Source: an uncultured Mycoplasmatota bacterium (lineage in GTDB: Bacteria > Bacillota_I > Bacilli_A > RF39 > UBA660). From it: a stretch of 52,633 bases of DNA. The translations under genes and the position numbers were made by a program. Below are positions 46,552-52,633 of this stretch, piece after piece; the first letter of the stretch is position 1; every line of letters begins with the position of its first letter. The notes beneath the pieces were generated by a model. That model made no database searches, was not told the DNA's origin, and was given only the letters and a program-made list of their open reading frames with translations. The DNA is taken from contig CAMNRN010000002.1 in the NCBI GenBank assembly GCA_946553095.1, forward strand, positions 1 to 52,633. The letters are read 5' to 3'.

Positions 46552-47100
46552 ATGACTCCCATAAATATTTTATTAGGACCTAATGGAACTGGAAAGACAA
46601 TGTCCTTACGAACTATTGAGGAAGAATGTAAAGATAAAGGATTGGTAGTATGTAGATTTTACACAGAGGGTTTTAATCCTGTAAATGATAGATATTTTAG
46701 GTCTGAAAGATTAATTACAGCTTTTCATTCAGAAGGAGAACATTTAAAGGAATCTATAGAATTTTGGTTTGGGGATTATGTTATAAAGGAATTATTATCT
46801 CACGAAAAAGATGTTTATATTTTGATTGACCAAATTGATAGCGGTATGTCTATAGATAAGATGTTAGGTTTTGTAAATAATATGTTATTTATTCTAAACG
46901 AGGAGAAGAAAAAACATCCTAATAGAAAAATAAGATTTGTGTTTACTAGTAATAGTTATGAGTTTATTGATATTTTCAAAAATGATACATTTGTATCTAT
47001 ATATTGGGTTCCTACCAAGTCTATAATAAAGGTCGGAACTTATGAAAAATTTAGGGAAAGATATTTAGAATATTATTCTTATATGCATAAGGAGGAATAA
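46552..47100 (+). CDS. ABC/AAA-type ATPase (possibly 5' frameshifted)
   Basis: Walker A GPNGTGKT, SEGE signature-like, Walker B-like ILIDQIDSG. Confidence 0.75.
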   Translation: MTPINILLGPNGTGKTMSLRTIEEECKDKGLVVCRFYTEGFNPVNDRYFRSERLITAFHSEGEHLKESIEFWFGDYVIKELLSHEKDVYILIDQIDSGMSIDKMLGFVNNMLFILNEEKKKHPNRKIRFVFTSNSYEFIDIFKNDTFVSIYWVPTKSIIKVGTYEKFRERYLEYYSYMHKEE

Positions 47101-47102
47101 AA

Positions 47103-47348
47103 ATGGATTCTAAAGAACATATAGTGGAATTTGATAAATATTGTGAACACTGTATTTATAAAGACCACCCAGACGATGTAACACCTTGTCACGAATGTTT
47201 AACAGAACCGGTTAATACTGATTCAAGAAAACCTGTATTTTTTGAAGGAACTAAAGAGTTTAAAAGAAAAGAAAAATGCAGAAACGAACGATTAAGGTTA
47301 GAGTCTAAAAGTCGAATGAAGACTATAAATTTAAACAAAGTTAAATAA
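47103..47348 (+). CDS. Small Cys-rich protein
   Basis: CxxC...PCxxC; AGGAGG RBS. Confidence 0.7.
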   Translation: MDSKEHIVEFDKYCEHCIYKDHPDDVTPCHECLTEPVNTDSRKPVFFEGTKEFKRKEKCRNERLRLESKSRMKTINLNKVK

Positions 47349-47389
47349 AAAATGATATTTTAAGGTATATATGTTAAGGAGAAATAAAT

Positions 47390-47800
47390 ATGAATCAATT
47401 AAATAATGATATGAGGGGATTTAAAAGAAGAGCGGTTGGAAAAAAGGAAGAGTTTAATGAGGAATTATTATATGAACTGTATAAGGAGAAACCGTTTGAT
47501 AATTCTCAAGAATTCAGGGGGTTCATATTTAGACAGCATGGTGTTTATGCTAGTACTAATCTAATCACTAGAATTACAAACTATCAAATTAGAAAATATG
47601 GTTGCATAAAATCTAGTGGTACAAGTCTAATTCCTATTATATTAGGGGGTAGAAAATCTTCTAATAGAAGACACAAAGAAAAGATTAATAGACAGAACAA
47701 TAATAAAACAAAAAGTTTCTTAAAAAGAACTGATAGGAGGAAATATAATGATGGGATTAAGAGATATGATGACACAAAGAAAAGCCAAAAAGAATTCTAA
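47390..47800 (+). CDS. Hypothetical basic protein
   Basis: AAGGAG RBS. Confidence 0.65.
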   Translation: MNQLNNDMRGFKRRAVGKKEEFNEELLYELYKEKPFDNSQEFRGFIFRQHGVYASTNLITRITNYQIRKYGCIKSSGTSLIPIILGGRKSSNRRHKEKINRQNNNKTKSFLKRTDRRKYNDGIKRYDDTKKSQKEF

Positions 47801-48164
47801 TGAGCCTGAAAGAAATCCTTATTTTATGCATGATTATTGTATAATAAAAAATAAGGTAACTCATCAAGACATAGGAGGCAAGAAGGGATATTTTGACCGA
47901 TCATTAACTATAGATGATATTTTAGAACAATATAGAGGCATGCAAAATATTGCAGTTCTTAATTTTGTATCTAGAAGACCTGACTTATTTGATGAAAGTC
48001 AACCACAATATAGAATGGATAAATCAAAAGCTAGAGATTTAAAATATCATTATGTCAAAGTTTGGAATACAAATACTATGATATATCCAGAATATTCATA
48101 TCTAGGATATGTAATAGCTTCTGACGAAATTAAAAAGACTGTGAAGGTGAAAAGAAATGACTAA
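47748..48164 (+). CDS. Hypothetical protein
   Basis: AGGAGG RBS. Confidence 0.7.
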   Translation: MMGLRDMMTQRKAKKNSNEPERNPYFMHDYCIIKNKVTHQDIGGKKGYFDRSLTIDDILEQYRGMQNIAVLNFVSRRPDLFDESQPQYRMDKSKARDLKYHYVKVWNTNTMIYPEYSYLGYVIASDEIKKTVKVKRND

Positions 48165-48435
48165 ATTGCCTGAAAGACCGGCCACTAAAACATATAATAA
48201 ACTTGGTAATGGGCTTATGAATGTGCCAGGTTGTAAATATGTTATAGAGTCTTATATTGGTGAGTACAAACGTTTAAATCAAAGTATAATGTTTAATCAT
48301 AACGATGATAGAGAACGCGAATATTATCGATCTACTGTTCATCCAATATTGTTTTTAAGAAAAAGAGAGTATTTTGATGAAAAAGGTAAATTGATATTTT
48401 TGGAGGATCATAAACATGAAACGAGAGATTCCTAG
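48157..48435 (+). CDS. Hypothetical protein
   Basis: AAGGTGA RBS, overlapping operon arrangement. Confidence 0.65.
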   Translation: MTKLPERPATKTYNKLGNGLMNVPGCKYVIESYIGEYKRLNQSIMFNHNDDREREYYRSTVHPILFLRKREYFDEKGKLIFLEDHKHETRDS

Positions 48436-48637
48436 AATACAACCAGTTTATAACTGTGTTAAAGTTAGAGAAAATTATAGAGATTCTAAAGGAAACCTTT
48501 ATTGGTGTTGGTTTAATCCTAAAGATAAACAAATAGCAGAAGGTATGAGATTAAAAATTCATGCTTATGATATGAAATTAGTTAGTAGAATTTATTATAA
48601 TAGTGAAAATAAAACTATATTTACGGAGGTATTTTAA
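48416..48637 (+). CDS. Hypothetical protein
   Basis: GGAGG RBS. Confidence 0.65.
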   Translation: MKREIPRIQPVYNCVKVRENYRDSKGNLYWCWFNPKDKQIAEGMRLKIHAYDMKLVSRIYYNSENKTIFTEVF

Positions 48638-49179
48638 TGTTAAATGGATGGGATGTATTAGCCATATTTGTAATAGGATTTATGGTTTATACAATTATTA
48701 AACAAATTTGTCTTGCTGTAGTATCAGCTAAAGCTGTCAAACAAGCTGGTATATTTGGTAAGACACAAGAAGAGATTCTTGATCAAGTTGACAGTATTGT
48801 AGCAAAAGCTATAAAAGATTCTCAAATCGCTATATTTAAGAAAGTTGGAGAATTAGATGAAAAATCTGAAGAAAAAATTGTTAAATTAGTAGATGAAGAG
48901 AGTAAAAAAATAGGACTTGTTGTAAAAGCTATCAAGAAAGATGTTGAGGCTATGCAAGAAGTTAAAAAACAAGTAGAAGATATGGGGGAGGCCTTTGGAA
49001 AACTTGGAACAACGGTTCTAGGTGAAGGTACGGACGAACCCAAGAAAACTACTAGAAAAAGAAAGATTAAAAAAGATACTGATATTCTTGATGAAACAGT
49101 TAAATCTTTTGATAAATTGAGTAAAAAGACACCGGTGAAAAAAACTTCAAAAAGTAAGAAAAAATCGGATGATAAATAA
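48637..49179 (+). CDS. Membrane-anchored coiled-coil protein
   Basis: GGAGG RBS; N-terminal TM, K-rich tail. Confidence 0.75.
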   Translation: MLNGWDVLAIFVIGFMVYTIIKQICLAVVSAKAVKQAGIFGKTQEEILDQVDSIVAKAIKDSQIAIFKKVGELDEKSEEKIVKLVDEESKKIGLVVKAIKKDVEAMQEVKKQVEDMGEAFGKLGTTVLGEGTDEPKKTTRKRKIKKDTDILDETVKSFDKLSKKTPVKKTSKSKKKSDDK

Positions 49180-49762
49180 AGATCTTAGTATAATAGTTAC
49201 AAATCATAATAGATGTCCTATGTTAAATTATGTTCTTGATACATTAATTGAAACAAATATGTATTCTAATGTTGAGTTAATATTAATTGACGATTGTTCA
49301 GAACAACCAATACAAAAATTAGAATATTATAAAGGTTTTATTAAATATTATAGAAATGATAAAAACATGGGGATCGGATATACACGACAAAAAGGATTAG
49401 AATTAGCTTCTGGGGAATATATAGTTTACATAGATGCAGATAATATACCTACAGAAAATTATATTAATATTATTTTAGACTGGATAGGATCTAAAAAAGA
49501 TATTTATAACTTTTATGGGATGTCTTATCCTGATCGTGATATATTTGATTTGAAAGCATCTTGTGTTTGTAATGTGTACAGACGAAAATTTTTATTAGAT
49601 AACAACATTAAATTTTCAAATGAACGTAACGGAGAAGATTTATATTTTTATGATGAAATTATTAAACATAATCCAAAAATAGAAGAGAAGAGATATATAA
49701 TGTTTTATTATAATAAAATAATAAATAGTTTATCACATGCCGGTTATATTCATGAACTATAG
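49169..49762 (+). CDS. Glycosyltransferase family 2
   Basis: LSIIV..HN, ELILIDDCS, N.GIG..R..GL..ASGEYIVYIDAD, GED. Confidence 0.9.
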   Translation: MINKDLSIIVTNHNRCPMLNYVLDTLIETNMYSNVELILIDDCSEQPIQKLEYYKGFIKYYRNDKNMGIGYTRQKGLELASGEYIVYIDADNIPTENYINIILDWIGSKKDIYNFYGMSYPDRDIFDLKASCVCNVYRRKFLLDNNIKFSNERNGEDLYFYDEIIKHNPKIEEKRYIMFYYNKIINSLSHAGYIHEL

Positions 49763-49770
49763 GAGGAAAA

Positions 49771-49941
49771 ATGAATTATAGTATTGGAGCAATTATTTGC
49801 TTTATATTAGTTGGGGCTTTAGCTTTAGTTGGATTAATATTATTATATTGGAATCCAAGTAAGAAAAAGGATAAGGGTCCTAGAATCACTAAAGTAGAAA
49901 GTGATTTTACTAAAACTATAAAGAATAAAAAGAAAAAGTAA
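49771..49941 (+). CDS. 56-aa single-TM protein (not in ORF track)
   Basis: AGGAGG RBS; MNYSIGAIICFILVGALALVGLILLYW... with basic tail. Confidence 0.7.
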   Translation: MNYSIGAIICFILVGALALVGLILLYWNPSKKKDKGPRITKVESDFTKTIKNKKKK

Positions 49942-49960
49942 TTTGGAGGTATTTATATTT

Positions 49961-50353
49961 ATGAAATGCGATTTAAGTTCAGATGCGCTGAAGGGAATAT
50001 CAGATGGTATGAAAAAACCTGCAAATAGTGCAATTGAGATAGTAGAGTCTACAAGATTTTATGCTGATGGTAAAGTTATAGCTAAAGTTGATACTACCAC
50101 TAAAGTTTTATACGAAACTAAAGGTAGTGTTGATTTAATAACTTTATTAGAATGGTTAGCTTCGGGTAAAGTTTTACCAAGAAAGATTGTATATGATGAT
50201 ATAATATATACAAATGTAACTAGAACTGGTATGGCTTTGTTATATTATAATGATGAAACAGAACAAAATTTTAAAGACACACTATTTCAAAGAAAACCAG
50301 GAGAGACAGATATTGATATTCTTAACAGAGAAATAAGAGTGATAGAATGGTGA
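49961..50353 (+). CDS. Hypothetical protein
   Basis: GGAGGT RBS. Confidence 0.7.
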   Translation: MKCDLSSDALKGISDGMKKPANSAIEIVESTRFYADGKVIAKVDTTTKVLYETKGSVDLITLLEWLASGKVLPRKIVYDDIIYTNVTRTGMALLYYNDETEQNFKDTLFQRKPGETDIDILNREIRVIEW

Positions 50354-50688
50354 AGAAAACTAAAACTCAAATTTATCAAGCAGGTAGGGCTAGTGGTAAA
50401 ACTAGCCTTCAACTTGAGATCTATGACATATGTCACAAGTATATTTGGGTAAAAAGGTGGCTCCTTGTAGTATCTATATTATGGTTTTTAACGAGTGTTT
50501 GGTCTTTTATGGAGAGTAATACGATAAATAGGCTAAAACGCGAAAATGAAGGCTTAAAACGCCAAATAGAGGTATGTTACGAGCAAAAAGACCGTTTAGA
50601 CAACGATGTTAGGTCTTGTTTAGAATTTGAACAAAATATAGACAAGTATTGTACTTGTAAGGAGGATATATATGAGAATAATGATTAG
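50347..50688 (+). CDS. TM plus coiled-coil protein
   Basis: WLLVVSILWFLTSVW followed by heptad coil. Confidence 0.65.
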   Translation: MVKKTKTQIYQAGRASGKTSLQLEIYDICHKYIWVKRWLLVVSILWFLTSVWSFMESNTINRLKRENEGLKRQIEVCYEQKDRLDNDVRSCLEFEQNIDKYCTCKEDIYENND

Positions 50689-51001
50689 TCAGCCAATGGC
50701 TGGTGTTTCTGACGAGGAATTAAGAATGAAATTTAATGCTTTAAGTAAGGAGTTTGCTAAACTACACATTGATGTAGTTGATAATATTTGGCAAGATGCT
50801 CCTACAGAGGGTAATTATTATACAGAACCTCTATTCTATTTAGCTAAAAGTATTAACGCTATGGGACAAGTGGATGCTGTATATTTTTCACCAGGATGGC
50901 AAAATGCTAGAGGTTGTTGCATAGAGCATAAAATTTGTGAATTATATGGTATAACAATCTTAGATGGTGATTTCTTAGATCAAATTAAATACAAAAAATA
51001 A
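50672..51001 (+). CDS. DUF4406 / nucleoside deoxyribosyltransferase-fold protein
   Basis: ISQPM.G and DAVYF..GW..ARGC.IEH motifs. Confidence 0.75.
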   Translation: MRIMISQPMAGVSDEELRMKFNALSKEFAKLHIDVVDNIWQDAPTEGNYYTEPLFYLAKSINAMGQVDAVYFSPGWQNARGCCIEHKICELYGITILDGDFLDQIKYKK

Positions 51002-51004
51002 TAA

Positions 51005-51280
51005 TTGAATAAAAAGAATGAAAGGATTTATAAAATGAATTACAAAGATAAACAAAAAATTGTAGATGATAATTTAAGTGAATTCAGGAGGGTTTGTAAA
51101 TGCGGGAGACATTGTATAGTAGCTCCTAGGGGTAAAGACGAGTATGTTGTTTGTACTTGGTGTGGAGGTAGACTATATCGCGACCCTGAGATGCAAAAGA
51201 TATGGGATGCTAAGTGTGAGAAAGAAGAATTTAGATTTAGGTTTGCTCAATTCTTGAAAACGAGAAATGCAGACGCATAG
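51005..51280 (+). CDS. Small zinc-ribbon-like protein
   Basis: CKCG...CTWCG; start probably the internal ATG after AAGGA. Confidence 0.65.
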   Translation: MNKKNERIYKMNYKDKQKIVDDNLSEFRRVCKCGRHCIVAPRGKDEYVVCTWCGGRLYRDPEMQKIWDAKCEKEEFRFRFAQFLKTRNADA

Positions 51281-51289
51281 GAGAAAGTA

Positions 51290-51499
51290 ATGAATATAAG
51301 TAATGTTAAGACAAGAGTCTTTAAAGATAATAACAAATATTTTAAATTCTCTAAAAGAGAGGACATTAGAATATATTCAGTGGGGTTTACTAAATCTCGT
51401 GATATTAGGGTTTATTATAAAACGGTTGCGGGAGACACGAAAAAAGTTATTAAGAAGAATAAAAAGCATGGGTTAGCTAGTAGTGTACTTTGTGTATAG
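51290..51499 (+). CDS. Hypothetical basic protein
   Basis: AGGAG RBS. Confidence 0.65.
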   Translation: MNISNVKTRVFKDNNKYFKFSKREDIRIYSVGFTKSRDIRVYYKTVAGDTKKVIKKNKKHGLASSVLCV

Positions 51500-51514
51500 G
51501 GAGGAATTATATTT

Positions 51515-51940
51515 ATGAATTGGTTAGATATTATAATGATATTTGTTGTTATAGCATGTTTCATCTGTGGACTTGTATGGATGATATTTGCTATTAAAGA
51601 AGATCAAACAGGAATTGGGGTATTCGGATTTTTTATTGCTTTAGGTTTATCTATATTTATAGGGGCTTGTACTTGGTTAAGTACTGATTTTAAATCTGGT
51701 CAGACTGTTGGAGAAATTACTAGTGTTGATAAGAATTTATTTGGTACTACTGCTGTTTATATTAAGACTACTGCTAATCAAGAAGAGGAGTATTGTGTTG
51801 AGTCCGATAACCTAGCCAAAGAAGCTAGCGAGTTAGTTGGAAAGAAAGTTAAAATCACTTATGGGAAGAGATTGGGATTCTATTCTACTGGAAAATGCGA
51901 TGATGCTCCGATAGATTCTATAACAGTTATTGAAGAATGA
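51515..51940 (+). CDS. Two-TM membrane protein with OB-like soluble domain
   Basis: GGAGG RBS; two hydrophobic helices then G.ITSVD...GKKVKITY. Confidence 0.75.
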   Translation: MNWLDIIMIFVVIACFICGLVWMIFAIKEDQTGIGVFGFFIALGLSIFIGACTWLSTDFKSGQTVGEITSVDKNLFGTTAVYIKTTANQEEEYCVESDNLAKEASELVGKKVKITYGKRLGFYSTGKCDDAPIDSITVIEE

Positions 51941-52125
51941 TAAAGATTACTGGATATAGTACATGGATGCCGGAAGACTTTGAGATTAAATCTGTAGAGA
52001 ACCCCGGTTATGGTACGGACGAAAAAACAATAATTTTAAAGGGTATTGCGATTCTTGCATATCCTTTTGTTTTATTCTGGTTTAAATGCTTTTTTGACTG
52101 GATTATTATCGATAAAAAATGGTAA
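51937..52125 (+). CDS. Small membrane protein
   Basis: ATGA overlap with upstream stop; hydrophobic C-half. Confidence 0.55.
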   Translation: MIKITGYSTWMPEDFEIKSVENPGYGTDEKTIILKGIAILAYPFVLFWFKCFFDWIIIDKKW

Positions 52126-52129
52126 AAAT

Positions 52130-52420
52130 CTGGCCATTTTTGGTCAAAAAAAGTGGGCTTTGGTCAAATCCAAAGTGGGCAGAGCTGTTTTTTGAGTATA
52201 ACCTAAAGGTTATATGGTCAAAAAAAGTGGGCTTTTGGTCAAGTTTTTTTGAAAAGTGGCCAGCCGGAAACCCGCATAAATAAAGGGATTGCGCCGTTTT
52301 TGCCCACTTTCCCACTTTTTTCTTTAACCGGACAGTTTTTTTAGAAAATATAACATATAGGTTATAAATTCAAAAAAAATAAGAGTTTGGCAAATAAAAG
52401 TGGGCTTTTGACCAAAACTT
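52130..52420. repeat. Iteron-like AAAGTGGGC / TGGTCAA repeats, candidate replication origin
   Basis: AAAGTGGGC at 52150, 52172, 52224, 52397; variant at 52253; inverted copies at 52302 and 52311; AT-rich spacer 52335-52385. Confidence 0.7.
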
Positions 52421-52447
52421 CAAATTTTTGTTAAAAAGGTGATAAAT

Positions 52448-52633
52448 ATGAGAGAATCAAATATTAGGCCTTTAACGAGGCAAGAACAGCTAGAATGGCT
52501 AGTTCCATTCCTAGAAGGGCAAATTAAAAGTTTGGAGCAAGATTTATATTTAGCAAGACAAGAACTTGAAGAAGAAAAGAAAAAGAATGAGGGAAAGAAA
52601 TTGGTGTTAACAAAGAAGGAAGAGAATTATGGA
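52448..52633 (+). CDS. Hypothetical coiled-coil protein, truncated by window end
   Basis: AAGGTGA RBS; open to end of window. Confidence 0.6.
   Translation, partial: MRESNIRPLTRQEQLEWLVPFLEGQIKSLEQDLYLARQELEEEKKKNEGKKLVLTKKEENYG

Noticed and set aside
50377-50403. Walker A-like AGRASGKT in the 50347 ORF
   Set aside because: No preceding hydrophobic strand or Walker B; protein is short TM plus coil
52130-52420. CRISPR array
   Set aside because: Repeats are short, irregularly spaced and in both orientations; no cas genes
1-52633. Lysogeny module, tRNA genes or stop-codon recoding
   Set aside because: No integrase, repressor or tRNA recognised; genes are full length and densely packed under the standard bacterial code. 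The missing part of the genome could still hold such genes

Overview
Near-complete genome (or large part) of an AT-rich, siphovirus-type tailed phage, probably infecting a low-GC Gram-positive host (SD-type AGGAGG ribosome sites; CHAP/LysM endolysin). All credible genes lie on the + strand. Order: packaging (small conserved protein, HNH, large terminase), portal, fused prohead protease-major capsid, head-tail and tail genes, 2257-aa tape measure, baseplate/fibre genes, a cassette of four short tail-tip/receptor-binding genes, lysis, an array of small independently promoted genes (29.5-33.7 kb), three paralogous membrane-anchored proteins, a 1333-aa helicase-primase-family B DNA polymerase fusion, SSB, SF2 helicase, many small accessory genes and an iteron-like repeat region (candidate origin) near the right end. 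I saw no integrase, repressor, tRNA, CRISPR array or reverse transcriptase. From memory the gene set resembles Faecalibacterium phage FP_oengus and actinobacteriophages of clusters such as AM/AU/BI/CC (not verified). Most striking non-standard signals: (1) a hairpin-rich leader ORF with a G11 tract upstream of the tail-tip cassette, whose +1G frame would be translationally coupled to the next gene and matches a second leader copy (TKxGGER), suggesting homopolymer phase variation of receptor-binding genes; (2) ten copies of a fixed-spacing promoter motif TWCGC-N7-ACA-N5-TATWAT, two of which drive no ORF; (3) twelve TCAAAATGG copies confined to the structural/lysis module; (4) long RNA-like inverted repeats at 106-339 and 10536-10623. 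All motif counts and folds were done by eye.
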